Positions 1-12,822 are shown, counted from the first letter of the whole stretch. The stretch is 63,997 bases of DNA, filler included, from Cercozoa sp. M6MM (GCA_040357565.1; 11 parts of 11 records of this genome joined end to end with filler, not necessarily neighbours in it), one strand, 5' to 3'. Program-made: numbers and translations. Notes: generated by a model not told the origin, from the letters alone.

Positions 1-54
<54 letters not shown>

Positions 55-55
<1 letters not shown>

Positions 56-159
56 AGTGGGACTGTCAGTGGGCGAGGCTGACGACGTTGATGTGGGCGA
101 AGGCGAAGAAGTTGAAGAAGGTGAAGCTAACGATACATCGGCATGAATAACAAGAGCTT

Positions 160-243
<84 letters not shown>

Positions 244-447
244 AGAGAGGGATCACTGGGTCATATTACGCGAAGGGGTACCGCTTGCTGTCGCAGTGAC
301 TGCTTGCACAGAAGTATTTAGTAAAGACAAAGACAGCACCACATGCAGCACGAGGTAAAAATAGCTTGCCCGTTTGAGAAGGCGACGATGTAGGAGTACC
401 TGCAAGATACACACACACACACACACATACACACATACGCACACAAA

Positions 448-490
<43 letters not shown>

Positions 491-501
491 ACATACGCAC
501 A

Positions 502-544
<43 letters not shown>

Positions 545-644
545 NNNNNNNNNNNNNNNNNNNNNNNNNNNNNNNNNNNNNNNNNNNNNNNNNNNNNNNN
601 NNNNNNNNNNNNNNNNNNNNNNNNNNNNNNNNNNNNNNNNNNNN

Positions 645-686
<42 letters not shown>

Positions 687-1645
687 GTCGAGAACTTGCA
701 CAAGGTCTAGCACACAGGGTACCCGTGTGTGTTGGGATCACAGTCAACGTCGTTGTCGCTGACGATGTGCCTAAGAATAAACAAGCTCCAAAAGAACCAC
801 CAGCACAGGTAGGGAGGGGTGTCACTGGTCAGATTGGCAGAAATGATAATTCACCAGTCTTCGTCGGCGTCGACGTCGGTGTGCCTGTGGCAAGTGAGAG
901 CATGTTTGAAAACCAAGGCAAGGGCAGCCAAGACTCATTGATACCTGAGGGAGAAGGGGTGTGCGTAGGGATTGGTGTTGTTGTCGGCGTTGATGTCGGC
1001 GTTGCTACAATGCGCACGACATATAGTATGAACAACAAAAGCCCCGGGGTAATTTACTGGTCGGCGGAGGCGTTCTCGTCGCAGCCGGTGTCAGAGACAT
1101 CGTGACCGTCGCTGTCCGGGAGAACTGGTCGTCATCGCTGTCAAGACCCAAACCAAGGCCTAAGCCTAGAGCCAAGCCAATCACTGCCAGGAGTATGAGG
1201 ACGATCAATCCGAGTTTCTGCCCACTCAGCATGACAGGGACATATTAAAGTGGAAGACAGCCATACCTGCGCGGGAGTGAGTGCAGCCCAACCCCAGACC
1301 GGTCTTGAAGCCGTCGGTGGTGGCCGTACCATGAGCGGCTACAACAAACAACCATCTAAATTTACTTATCCCCCCCGTCGTGGGCCTTCCCCCCGTCAAA
1401 TTGTTCTGCCTGGAGTGTAAATTTACTGGATTTGCCGAAAGTTGCTGCATAGCGAAGGCGTTCATGATTGCCGCATTGCATGGGGCGGCACCGACCAGGT
1501 ACTGTGTGTTGGCTGCGATGTCCAACAAATAAAGCAGACAACATCTGGGCCGAGGTTAACTCCGTAAAACTGTCGCACCTGCATTTGGAGACTGGCAAGG
1601 GGTTGGTGCTGGGACAAAGCCCCGCAACTGCCAGTGTTGGGCCAT
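55..1645 (-). CDS. Single-pass (type II-like) membrane protein with Ser/Thr/Pro-rich mucin-like stalk, multi-exon, 3' end runs off the window
   Basis: Hand-spliced: MAQHWQLRGFVPAPTPCQSPNA|ANTQY...SANP|PLMVRPPPTASRPVWGWAALTPAQ|KLGLIVLILLAVIGLALGLGLGLGL (TM) DSDDD, then T/P-rich exons (TPTSTPTTTPIPTHTPSPS). Introns are GT-AG; downstream ones carry (TG)n and (CT)n. Confidence 0.6.
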
Positions 1646-1809
1646 TGAATGCTCGTTGCTTTTCCTGTCTGCGCGTAGGGACTGAACAGATGCTAATTAC
1701 TGTAGCTCGGAGATGTCGCAACTCCTGACGCAGTGGTTGTTTGCGCAAAGCCCGAAAAACACGACATGTAAGTTTAGTGAGGTGACATTCAAGCAGACTC
1801 CTCAAATCC

Positions 1810-1868
1810 CAGACCTCAAACCTCCAGACCTCAGACCTCAGACCTCAGACCTCAGACCTCAGACCTCC
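1810..1868. repeat. Heptamer tandem repeat (CAGACCT)n in the divergent intergenic region
   Basis: cagacctcagacctcagacct..., about 6 perfect units plus degenerate flanking units. Confidence 0.9.
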
Positions 1869-2164
1869 AGCCTCCGGTTACTATTTGTAGCCAGAAAAAA
1901 CAGTTTCACTCCGAGACGCCGTTCCTGCGAAGCTTCACTGTGTGCTACCGCGTGTACTTACCTTTGTGCGCGTCTCAGTACAAGAAACACTGGCCACTAA
2001 GCACTGTAGGGTTTCTTTTTGGCGCACCTTTGCAGTGAAGTTTTCCATATTTCTGTTACGTTTGTTCTGGTTTTTAGTCGGCTCCCGGAGGCCACACTGC
2101 GAATTTTCGTGTTGAGACGTTGTTGAAGACTACTGGCCGTATCTGATAGGAAGCGAGTCGAGAA

Positions 2165-3041
2165 ATGGCGGCTGCAGTTCTGGTGCGAAAGCGCGTGTTT
2201 GGCGAGATGAGCGATCACGACGTCCGCGCGGACGACGAGCGCAGCGCGTGTGTTGATGACTCGCCAGTGAAGAAACGGCCTCGTTTCTCGTAGGCTGACC
2301 TGAGCTCTCCCCTTTATTTTCTGTATTTTTTCTTTGATTTGACTTGTGCTGTGTCGGCAGTCTGCACATGGAGCAGGACCGTTCCGTACGGTTACCGGCA
2401 GTCTCGAGCGACGACATCGATCGACTCGTAAACGATGCTGTGCGCGTCAAGTTGCAGCGCAAGCAGCTGCGCTACCTGGCCGCGCAGCAGCACCGGCAGT
2501 CACTGGCGTCGCAGCAGCAGCAGCAGCAGCATCGACAACAACTGCAACAACTACAGCAACAGCAACAGCAACAGCAGCTTCGACAACAGCCTTCATCACA
2601 ACAGCAGCAGCCGGTGTCGGCCATGCCGCGAAACTCTGAGCAACGTTTTCGCCGAGAGGTATCCTCTATAATATATATACATAGTAATAAATATGTATAA
2701 ACATGTATGCACGTGTGACAGTGCCTGTTTACTCCGTCGGAGGTTCGCGAGTTACTTGTCGACACTCTCAAGAGGCAGAAGGTACAGTCACACCACCAGT
2801 TACGTGTCGGTGTCAGGAGAAAGGAATTGTTCGATACGCAAGCTGTGTTTCACAGGAGGACTACGACAGGCTCGTCTCGATTCGTCTCGACGAGCAGCTG
2901 AATTCTTTTATGCGGGTACCCCCCCCCCCCCCGGCGTGTACTTGCTTGTTTGCCACGTGCGTATGTGTTCTCTCCCGTGCGTAGCTGGCGCGAGAGCACA
3001 TGCCCATCAACAATGCCGACGCGCCCTCCTACATTGGCTAG
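2165..3041 (+). CDS. AKIRIN: Akirin homolog (5 exons)
   Basis: N-terminal SPVKKRPRF resembles the akirin NLS (SPKRRRC). Poly-Q middle. C-terminus CLFTPSEVRELLVDTLKRQK|EDYDRLVSIRLDEQLNSFMR|LAREHMPINNADAPSYIG* aligns with akirin LFT..V..I....L.E.....REEYE.IL..KLAEQY..F..F......SYVS. Confidence 0.75.
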
Positions 3042-3284
3042 GTGCTGCCGTGGGGCTTAGCTAGCGCGGTGCATGAAACCCGCAGAGTCGACTCAAACTA
3101 GCATCGAGGTCGATTTACATTAGTGGGGGATAGAGGACAAGATGTTAGTAGCAAAATGAGTGGATAACAGTCGTGATTCAGTCGCCCAGTGCGAATGGAG
3201 TCAGGATACGCGCGTATGGGCTCGATGACTCGACTACGCAGCAGGGGAACGCCATAGCTTTCGATGCCTGCAGTCGTTTTTTCC

Positions 3285-4192
3285 CTACGACTGCGCCGAC
3301 TGCAGGAAGCTGTCGATGAGGTCTTGGAGCGGCGCGAGCTCCCTCGTCTCTGCACGCGCACAAACACACCATGACACTCACGGTCATGGGAAGGACTCCA
3401 AACAAGAGCGGGTACCAATGAGCTTGAACTCGTTCACAAAGAAAATGAAGTGCTTGAAGCACGTGCTGCACAACAACAAACCAGGGTGCTCAGCAGAAAG
3501 CCAGGGGAAGAAGAAGCCTACTTGAGATGCGCCTCGGCGCCAAGCCCGACGATCTGCTGGAAGTGGTTGTGGTAGATGTGCGCGTAGATGCGGAACAGAC
3601 GTGTGAAGATCTTCTTGACCTGCGCCTGGAAGTTGCGCGGGAAGGGCGTGCCCGGGTTGAGCGGGAACATCACCTCGTCGTTAAGCTGCTCCTCGGTCCA
3701 CGTCATGACGTACTCAATGTAGTCCGGTGCCGAGCACTCGATCGGCTTCTTGACGCGCACGCCGTCGGCCCACAGGTACTGTGCCGAGCCGGCCTGCATG
3801 ATCGGGCACGACGTCGGCGTGCAGAACTCCTGTATACAAACGCATAAATGATCGACACATGGCACCACAAGAGGCGAGAGATTTTCTGCTACCGAAACAG
3901 TGCCGTACAGCAGCGAGATTTCGTTGAAAAAGTCGAGCGCGTTCACGGCGAGCCACTCGTTGAGATCCTCGCCTGTGTGGGCAGTCCAGCCCGGTCACAC
4001 GTAGACAGAGGGGTATCACCAAGCAAAGAAAGCACACGTAGTACCCTTCGGCAGTTGCACAGCGACGGCAACGTTGCCGCTGCCCAATGTCGCCTTGGCA
4101 TACTGGTGCAGCTGCTGGCGCTTGCTGCCCTGGTGGCCTTTGATCGGCTTGAACGTCTTGTTCTTGCTGAAGATATTCTTGAGAGCAGACAT
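3285..4192 (-). CDS. MOB1: MOB kinase activator (MOB1), 5 exons
   Basis: KATLGSGNV..AVQLPKG|EDLNEWLAVNALDFFNEISLLYG, EFCTPTSCPIMQAG, SAPDYIEYVMTW, IFTRLFRIYAHIYHNHF, EAHLNTCFKHF...ELAPLQDLI are hallmark MOB1 motifs. Confidence 0.96.
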
Positions 4193-5010
4193 TGTGCGTT
4201 CTGTGTATTCTACGTGTGCCTGCCTGCCACTACCACACACGAAAAAACACGTGATCTGCAACAACAAAAAACGCCCACAAAACAGAAAACGGAGAACAAA
4301 ACACCGCCAGTGCACAGGACATAACCGAGGGAGCTCGGACACTGCAGAGTAGGTGCGTGTACCTGTGTGCTCTCACTCAAGAACGTACAAGGTCTCCCGA
4401 GCGAAGAATGAGATTGGCAAAGGAAGACGTTTTGAAAGGCGTCTCACGGATGTTGCTGCTGCACGTGCTGCAGGCTAAATTTAAAACTCTCGCGTTTACG
4501 AGCAGCAAACAGAGGATTGGTGGCCGGCGGCATGTTCACTGACACGATCTGACTCTGGAATGCTGGGTGCCTATTAAACAACTTAAAACTAGTCATTCAT
4601 GCCGGTTGGAATGTTTGGCGTGCTTTAATGCAGACAATTCTAAAGAATACTAATACTGTCCTCGGGTAGTTTGATGCAGACAATCTAAAGAATGCTGTAA
4701 CTTATATTGTACGAGCAGCATGCAAGACTGACTGCCTAAGGCAGTCAACGCGGGACCGCGATTTCGCACTTTGGTTCTTCGGCTTTAATCCAGCGCGTGC
4801 TGGGAGCTCGGACCGGACTTTTCCTGGCTCGACTACTTTGATAATTGAATGTATCCGCTGCCACAACGAGTGTACCCCAGTCCAGCCCGTCCGCGGTAAC
4901 GTTGTAGTCTCGGTATCCACACTATCCGCACCAAGAACAATGAATAAAGTAGTTTGTCCGCAGAAACCTTTCATCCACACTTCGCACCCGACCATCCTCC
5001 GCCCTACATC

Positions 5011-6497
5011 ATGATGTTGCTGTTTGGAATCGTCTTACCACTGCTGTTAATGGCAACATCGAGTCATGCTTCCGGGTCTACTACGAACCGAAAGCGCACT
5101 TACTGGAACGCCTTTGGCCAGACATATCCCCAACGTCGTCCGACACGTGCGGTGAAGGTGCAAATCGATCTAAATGCCTCTCCGTTCGATACGACACGAG
5201 ACATTGCTGCGCTTGTCACTCGAACAGACACTTCCGCAACTCCCGTCTCGGTAAAGATTGTTGAATCTTATTTACTTTTATTAATCGAGTTCTTTAATTC
5301 GGCCATATGCGTTAAAGGTGGCGCTCCAGCGCGACGATCCTTCTACACCTACGGGCCTCCGCTTATCGTTCCCGTTCGGCTTCCGAACCTGCGTGACGAA
5401 AACCCTTGCTGCCCGAACTGGCACCGCACCCAACGTCGTCGAATTCACGACAGCCGAAATACGCAACTGTATCTATGCGGACGGACTACATGTATATTAC
5501 CAAATACATGCGTGTTGTTTGCAAGGCTGCAAATGTGAAACAAGTAGCGCACTCGGCGACATTGAGATCTGATGCAGTGTTTCCTCAGGACCCTGACAAG
5601 CCGACGACTATCAAAATTGTTGTGACAGAGACCTGGCCTGGAACGGCAGCTGCTGTGTAAGTTTAAAGCAATCGTCAAGAGACTAAGCTGTTCTGTAACA
5701 GTCAAGCTGGTACAAGGCAATTTGCGCAGGCACGTGCCTGCGAGTCGGAGGCTGCCTTTGCCTTCGCAGAACTTGTTGACACAGATGGCGCAGGCAGTCA
5801 ACAGTTGGCTGCAGCCTGGCGTGCCTGGTCCATCCCTGCGCTTGCAAGTGATTGATCTTCCCCTCAACCGACATCTCCGCGCTGCTTTCGCTAAGATGAA
5901 CAATTTGTCTGACACTGCTGTTGACGTTGGTACATTCACTTCATTGGTTTCCAATTCTGAGACGTGCCAGTCTACAGCTGGTGTGCGCAGTTCTTAGAGG
6001 CGACGACTCGGCTCTCGCGACTGCATGGAATCGCCAAAGTTACCAGCACTACGGCCTCACAACAGGTAAACCAACTGCCCTGCTCAGTTTGGATTTCAGA
6101 TTTTCGTTTCCGGGTCGGTTTGACTTGAATAGAAGATATGAATGTCGGCTGGAATTATATAGATACGGACGCACTGCGTGTGTACCTGGGAGACGTGTTA
6201 AAAACGAATTTCCGTTTTGATGACTTGGAAGGTCGTTTCACTTGTCACGGACGCAAACAAACCCGCGGTCGGCAGGTGGCGGAAGAAGTTCTACGACAGA
6301 TTGCCGCAAACGCTGTATCAAATTATTCGGAAACCAACAGTGGCACTTCAGTTGCTTGTTGAGTGCAGGCAACGGCGCGAGTCAAAGTCTGCTTCGGCCG
6401 TCTTCTGTGTGGGTCGTACCAACCGCCTGTGCCATTGGGGCCTGTGCCATTGAAGCCTCTGCCGTTCGAATCAGAGTCGGCCGTCGCAGCGGACTAA
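5011..6497 (+). CDS. Putative secreted protein of unknown function, multi-exon; downstream exon structure uncertain
   Basis: MMLLFGIVLPLLLMATSSHA reads as a signal peptide. Several open exons are bounded by GT..AG. Probable last exon ATARVKVCFGRLLCGSYQPPVPLGPVPLKPLPFESESAVAAD*. Confidence 0.5.
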
Positions 6498-6794
6498 ATC
6501 GTGCTGGCCAGTAGTCCTGCGACTCGGCGACCGAACTCTTGTCATGATACTCGGTTAAGTAGTACGGGCGGTAGTACGAAGGACGGCGCAGACTGTGCCG
6601 AGTTGCGATTGGCATAGCCCAACCTCTGCTCACGGCCATCCGTACCGCCAATACAGCGTAGTGTAGGTACCCCGTAGTAGGGAAATGAGTTTATCACTGT
6701 ACTAATAAAGGATTCCGCGGGTTTAAAAATACAATCGAAACATCGCGTGCATTTCATTTTAGAAGGAAGCCTCGAGCTGAGCGACATGTAGATG

Positions 6795-7838
6795 TTACGC
6801 GACGAGGTTCTTGTGGTCCAGCTGCGCCACGGCAATGGCGGCCGCTTGCAGGATACTGAACAACGTACACACAGACACATACAGGCATACCTACATAACA
6901 ACATACATAGATACAGATAGCAGAGAGGCAAGGTGTACGACAGTTCGCCAGAGCTGTTGATAAAGTAGCGACTCTTGGTCTCCTTGCCGAGCAACAGACT
7001 GGACGTGCATATGTATAGGTACAAATAGGTAGAAAGGTAGGAAGGTAGGGAGATCGGAAAAAAGGTAGGTAGGTAGGTAGGTGCATACACAGTGGGTGCC
7101 GTCTTGGTGGCATCGCAGAGTTCCTCCTCCGTGTCGTGCAGACGTACCTGGTCCAGGTCTAGTGGCACAAGCACACAGGGGCATAACACTCCTTTCCTTC
7201 CCTCCTCGGAGGCTTATTAAATTGATGTACCACGACGTTCTCGAATCAGCTGCATGTTCTTCTTGGAGCTGCACACACACACACACACACACACACATAG
7301 ACCCACAGGCGGGGGGGCGGGGGGGTGGGGTAAAGTAGTGTTACCACATGCCAACACGGTTGGGGAACTCGAGCACGTGCATCAGCAGATCGGGGTCCCA
7401 CTTGCTACACCACACCTTCTCTCTCTTGCCAAGGGGGGCGGGGGGTTAAAGGAAGTACGCAGGTCGCGACAGGTAGGTGCGCACGTTGGCAAAATGCTCG
7501 CGCCACACGGCACCCGGCACGTCCTCGTCAGCATCGCCAACTGTACACACACACGTACATATGGACACAATCCCAGTCCAAATGGACCTGTACATGTGTA
7601 CACAGGTATGTCAAGACAGTACTGAAGGGAGACGACGCATGCACCACGAGTTTGCGCGGTTTGCCGGCCAGCACGTTGCTGTCGAAGTGCACCTGCACAC
7701 AGGGGGTGCAAGGGGAGGGGGTAAAGGGGGTAAAAGTAGGCGGCTCTACCTGAGCGGAACGGTTGTCGACGACGTCACGCAGCACAAACTGCAAACAGGG
7801 GAAGGCGGGTAAAGGGGTGGGCTGGGGGGGGGGGGGGG
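6795..7838 (-). CDS. Hypothetical protein, 3' part only (truncated at contig end)
   Basis: In-frame chain of short exons ...WREHFANVRTYLSRP|KWDPDLLMHVLEFPNRVGMCSKKNMQLIRERRDLDQVRLHDTEEELC...|ILQAAAIAVAQLDHKNLVA*. No family recognised. Confidence 0.6.
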
Positions 7839-7938
7839 NNNNNNNNNNNNNNNNNNNNNNNNNNNNNNNNNNNNNNNNNNNNTTAATTAATTAANNNNNN
7901 NNNNNNNNNNNNNNNNNNNNNNNNNNNNNNNNNNNNNN
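7839..7938. other. Artificial contig spacer (44N-TTAATTAATTAA-44N); also at 13210, 15739, 20712, 29680, 38304, 43364, 60144, 61739, 62886
   Basis: Ten identical 100-nt spacers, each with stops in all six frames. Separate plain N gaps at 545-644, 10457-10466 and 21964-22063. Confidence 0.97.
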
Positions 7939-7954
7939 GGGGGGGGGGTAAGGC

Positions 7955-9046
7955 CAAACCTGCTCGGCCAGTCGCTTTTCTCGCTGCTTGAGCGCTCTAC
8001 GTCGCAGCGCAGACATCTCCGGCACCTAGCAGCACAGGAGTATCGGGGCAGAGGGAGGGTTAGGGGTAGGGATAAGGGGTAGGGATAAGGGGTAAGGATA
8101 AGGGGCAGGGATAAGGCGTGGGTATAAGGGGCAGGGATAAGGGGTAGGGATAAGGAATAAAGATAGGGGTAAGGCACCAGTCGGCCGACTTGGCGTCGCA
8201 CAAAACTCGCGAACTCAGCCAGTGACATGCCCTGCCGTATATATAATATATTAATATATGTATATCTACGTATATACGTATGTATGCATAAATGTATACG
8301 CAAATAGAGAACCTTATCGCCGCCAATGACATGCTTGGCCGACTCTGGCTTGACGATGCGACCTTTCTGTGCAAACAAACACGCAGACATACGGTGACAA
8401 CGTATAACAGCAACAGCAAGGACACACACACCAGTTGCTTGATGTAGTGCTCGATGCGCGCAGTGTCGGCACAATCCAGCACAGCAAAGGTGAGGCCGTG
8501 CAGACAGTTCTCTCTGCCCTGAGGCAGGTCGGAGCAGCCTGCCTCCTCTGCGCGACCAGTCGTTTGGTTGCTCGAGTCGTCTGGCCGAGTGACTGGTTGA
8601 GTGACTGGTTGAGTGACTGGCCGATCGCGCGTGCTGCTGGTGGGCCCTGCTGTCGTGGACTGCTGCCGCGCCAGTTGTCGCGCCTTTTCCTTCAGTTGCG
8701 CCTTGCGGGCTTGTCTCTCGGCACGCAGCGACTGGTCCTTCTGCCGCACGCTCTGCCAGAAGGCGCCTAGGCCGCCGCCCTGCTGCCGCGTCTTGTTGCC
8801 TTTCGGCGTCTTGCGTCTCGCCGGTGCTGCCGTTGTAGAAGACGCTGCTTGGACTGCCACGGCCTCCTCGCTGACCAGATCGATCAATGGCGCTGTAGTC
8901 GGCACTGTCTCCGGGTCGATCGACGACACAGCCGGCGGAGGCGCCTCGTTTGGACTAGGAGCACCTGCGACTGGCGACGACACCGCGCCCGACTTCTTCT
9001 TGCGACGCTTCTTTCGAGCGAAACTGCCCAACTCGAACTCGGCCAT
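7955..9046 (-). CDS. BRCT-domain protein (RFC1-like BRCT), 5' part only
   Basis: MAEFELGSFARKKRRKKK (NLS), a low-complexity linker, then DLPQGRENCLHGLTFAVL...IEHYIKQL|KGRIVK, which resembles the RFC1 BRCT start (P.G..NCL.GL.FV). No AAA domain is visible before the break. Confidence 0.5.
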
Positions 9047-9124
9047 ACTTTCGCCGACGCGGACCCTCTGCGCAGCGCGCAAAATCAAGCGAAACCACCG
9101 ACTGACTGTGTGAGGAGACTTGTG

Positions 9125-9132
9125 GCGCCAAA
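9125..9132 (-). promoter_or_regulatory. Candidate E2F-type site (TTTGGCGC) upstream of the BRCT gene; similar sites at 2018-2025 and 61413-61422
   Basis: Matches the TTTSSCGS consensus and lies in short divergent promoters. Confidence 0.3.
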
Positions 9133-9490
9133 AATTGTGACTACCACACGCAGTGCACAATCGTTTCGCCCCCCGTATTGCGCTCTCTATATCTGTCCTT
9201 TAAACACTAGGAGCTCGAGGTACTGTGGCGTCTCATCAAGGTCGCGATTCCATTGACCTTTTGAGGGTCGGCCCTTGAAGAAAACAACCTGGCTACAGTA
9301 CACCGCCCCGTGCCTTCTTGTGTGAAGTAGACGTGTGTGTGCTTTAGTTTAAGCGCATTTACAGCATCTGAAGAAGAGTAGAGTCCCACCTGGACTGGTT
9401 TTGGGGTGACCGAAAGTCACAAGCGCATCTGTGGTAACACTGAGGGTCGTTTCCCGGTTGGCGTGAGGTTTCAAGAGACAAACGTGAACC

Positions 9491-10407
9491 ATGGCTGAGT
9501 CACTGGACCCGCTCCTGACGTTTGAGGAGCGAAAGCAGCGCCGAGAACTCGATGTAACGTTTTTTTTTGCGTTGAGTGGGTGCATAAAGAAGACTCAATG
9601 AAGAGCGACGGACGAAAGAAAGGAGTGAAACTTTTGCTTTTGTGTGACTGTGCAGGATCTGCGTAAGTCGGGTATCGTACGGCCAGAGGTCGACGCGGCT
9701 GGCCAGATGGTCAACCCGCACATTCCGCAGTACCTCATGGACGCGCGCTGGTACACACGCACTGGACGAGAGGAGGTACGTCTGTGTCTGTGTCTGTGTC
9801 TGTGTCTGTGTCTGTGTGTCTCTGTGTTCGTGTTCATGTATGCACTGATTGGAATGTGCTGCCCAGGGAGCGCAAGGACTGAAGCATCTGCGCTACCTCG
9901 GCGTGGAGAAGAAGAAGTACGCCGGCATCCACGAGCGTGCCATCACGGGCCAGAGCAAGGAGAAGGCTTCCGAGTGGGTAGGCCCGTACCCCATGTGCAT
10001 GTGTACCGGCTGTACACGTATGTGTGTGTGTGTGCAACGACAGAGAGAGGGTCAGTGCGAGAACTGCGGTGCCCGCACGCACGCCACCAAGCAGTGTATG
10101 GAGCGACCGCGCAAGAAGGGCGCTCGCTGGACGCAGAGCAACTTTGCGCACGACGATATCATCCCGGAGAAGCTCGAGCTCGACTACGAAGGTTTTCCTC
10201 TTGCTTTTACCCTTCCTTTACCCTTCCTTTGCCCTTCTTTTACCTTCCCTTCTTTGTACCCTCAATTTAACCTCCTACCCCTCTGGCAGGCAAGAACGAC
10301 CGGTGGCAAGGCTACGACCCGCGGCAGTACGCTGTCGTTGTGAGACGCCAGCTCGCCATGGTAGACTCTCCTCCCTCTGCTGGTTCTTCCTGTGTCCCCT
10401 TGATATG

Positions 10408-10456
<49 letters not shown>

Positions 10457-10466
10457 NNNNNNNNNN

Positions 10467-10519
<53 letters not shown>

Positions 10520-11019
10520 GAGCGCAAGGAGCGCGAGGAGCGATTGGAGGCGCTCGAGGAGGAACTGCGCAACCCGGTGCAGCCGCCCAAGAAGAAGAAG
10601 CGCAAAAAGAAGCACAAGAACGCCGCGCAACTCGAGGTATCCTTTCTGGGCCCTCTTGATACCACTGACTGAGCTGAACTGGACTGGACCGAACTGGACT
10701 GGACCGAACTGGACTGGACTGGGCTGGACTGGACTGGACCTGTACGCGTATGTTTGCACAGGAGGATGAGCGACGACGCGCACGCGCCGAGCGGCGAAAG
10801 AAGCGTCGCCAAGTGCGCAAGCTGCGCGAGGAACTCGGCGTGGAGGACGCTGGTAGATTGCCACCCCCAACATCCACCACTTTACCCTCACCCCCCCCGT
10901 AACCCCTGCAGAAGAGGAGGAATGGCTCCGCGACACGGACGACGACGACGACGACGACGACGTGTTCTCCGGTCTCAGCAGGTGCCCCATCCGCTCACAT
11001 ACCCACACGTGGATATATG

Positions 11020-11064
<45 letters not shown>

Positions 11065-11719
11065 TGTGTATGTATGTGTGTATGCCTGTGTGTGTGTTGT
11101 GCATCCGCCTGCAGTGACGAGGACGACGATGTGTTCTCGCGACTTTTTGTCGGCACAGGCGAGCAGCGCAGTGCGGCCGGCGGCGCTGCGCGTCGACACC
11201 GCGAGGATACGGCCAAGTTCCTGGTAGGCCCCTCACCCTCTGTGTACTACTTCTGTGTGTATACATGTATGTGTGTATGTGTGTATGTGTGTGTGTGTAT
11301 TGTGGCACAGCTGGACCTCAGTGCGACGGCAGCCTATTTCGATCCGCGCAGTCGCGCTCTTCGTTTGCCCAAGTACACACTCCATATGTCTGCATCTAGT
11401 CGGCATGTCTATGTGGTGCATGTGTATTCCCAGGGACATGGCCGGCACCGTCGATCCCGAAATGCTTGCGGCCGCCGAGAACTCGAAGCGTCTCACTGGC
11501 GACGCCGCCAAGTTCCGCGGCATGCAGGTAAGCATCCTGTTAGTCTTTGCCCCTGCCCCCCCCCCGTTTAAACCCTATCCCGACTCCCCTATTCCTACCT
11601 TTCTCGTAATGTCTTGGTGTGTAATGCGACAGGAGTGGACTTCGAAAGTGCAAGAGCACGACGTTGCACAGGCTGCACTCGCCGTGCATATGCAGGTGCT
11701 CAGCTCATCCATATATGCT

Positions 11720-11774
<55 letters not shown>

Positions 11775-12822
11775 ATATGGGTGTGTATTATATACAGGCC
11801 AACCCGACGCGTGCCGAGAAGCTGTACCGCGAGCACTTTTTGGCGCGACAAGGCGGCGTGCGACAGGAGCTGCGTGACAAGGTGGCGCAACGATACGGTA
11901 ATACCCGCCCCCTTGCCCCATATCCCCTCGCTTTTCGGCCCCCCCCCCCCCCCCGTGTGTAGGCGGTCTGCACCAGCAGCGGCCGGACGAGGCGTTCGTG
12001 GTCGACTCAGGCGCGGACATGACGGCGCCGGCCGATGCCAAGCCGCGGCCGCTGGTGCTGCCGCCCGTGACGGCGCCCAAGGAGACGCGGCCTAAGCTGC
12101 GACGAACGTAGGCTTGGCCCACTGTCTCTTTGTGTGTGTGTATGTGTGTGTGTGTCTATGTGTGTGCATGTACGTGAGTACAGTCGCTACGAAGAGGACG
12201 TGTACGAAAACGGGCACAGCGCCGTGTTTGGCTCCTTCTTTGACCTACCTGCACTCAAGTGGGTACACTCGTCCTAGATATGTCTGGAGGGCAAGAGCAA
12301 GAGGGTGGTAAGGGGAGGGATGAAGCATGTGTATGTGTCATTGCAGGGCTACGCGTGCTGCCGCTCGTGCGATCGTCACGCCCGGTGCACCGCCGCGCCT
12401 GCCGAGGAGGTTGAGCGTGCAGGTACACCCTACCCTTTTCGCCTCCGGAACCCCTTTACCCTCCTGCTGTGCAGGCGAGAAACGTGCCATGTCCTACGGT
12501 GCCACGCTGCTCGACGAAGCCGAGGATGTCGTACCTTACTCTATCTCTCTGTCTGTATATACATGTATATGTCTATGTTGATATGTGTCCAAAGGACATG
12601 CTGCCCAGCACGGGACCGCAACCGAACCGCGACGAGTATCGCGACAAGCCCGAGTTCCAAAGTGCCGTCGCTTTGGTACAAGAGAAAGAGACATTACCCT
12701 CCCATGTACCCGTAGATTTCTATCTCTGTGTGATCTTTTTCCCACAGGCACGACGCCGGCAAGAACTGCGTCTGCTGCAGCGTCGTCAAGCCGAGCAGGA
12801 GGCCGCACTCAAGAAGAACTAA
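9491..12822 (+). CDS. SLU7: Pre-mRNA splicing factor SLU7 (19 exons)
   Basis: VNPHIPQYL..ARWY; zinc knuckle GQCENCGARTHATKQCMERPRKKGARW; DYEGKNDRWQGYDP; REDTAKFL..AYFDPRSR; ANPTRAE; RYEEDVYENGHSAVFGSF..WGYACC. All 18 introns splice in frame. Confidence 0.95.
10666..10740 (+). repeat. Intronic pentamer repeat (GGACT/GAACT/GGACC)n in SLU7 intron 6
   Basis: gactgagctgaactggactggaccgaactggactggacc... Confidence 0.85.

Noticed and set aside
143-1105. ORF-track proteins rich in CVCV/THTH/RERE, and long antisense ORFs such as 42143-43411 and 38454-39488
   Set aside because: These are translations of microsatellites or shadows of GC-rich exons on the opposite strand.
1590-1682. Hairpin ACTGGCA/TGCCAGT and GCGTAGGGA resembling a TPP riboswitch
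   Set aside because: The CTGAGA and GAACCTGAT core motifs are absent, and the region overlaps the first exon of the minus-strand membrane protein.
7883-7894. Recurring palindrome TTAATTAATTAA
   Set aside because: Always centred in 44N+44N; it is an artificial six-frame-stop spacer.
6795-9046. Joining the two minus-strand fragments across the 7839 spacer into one gene
   Set aside because: Only shared strand and poly-G ends support it; other spacers clearly join unrelated genes.
9553-12747. Introner-type (recent transposon-derived) intron family
   Set aside because: No near-identical full-length introns or terminal inverted repeats were seen by eye; only simple repeats are shared. An old, diverged family is not excluded.
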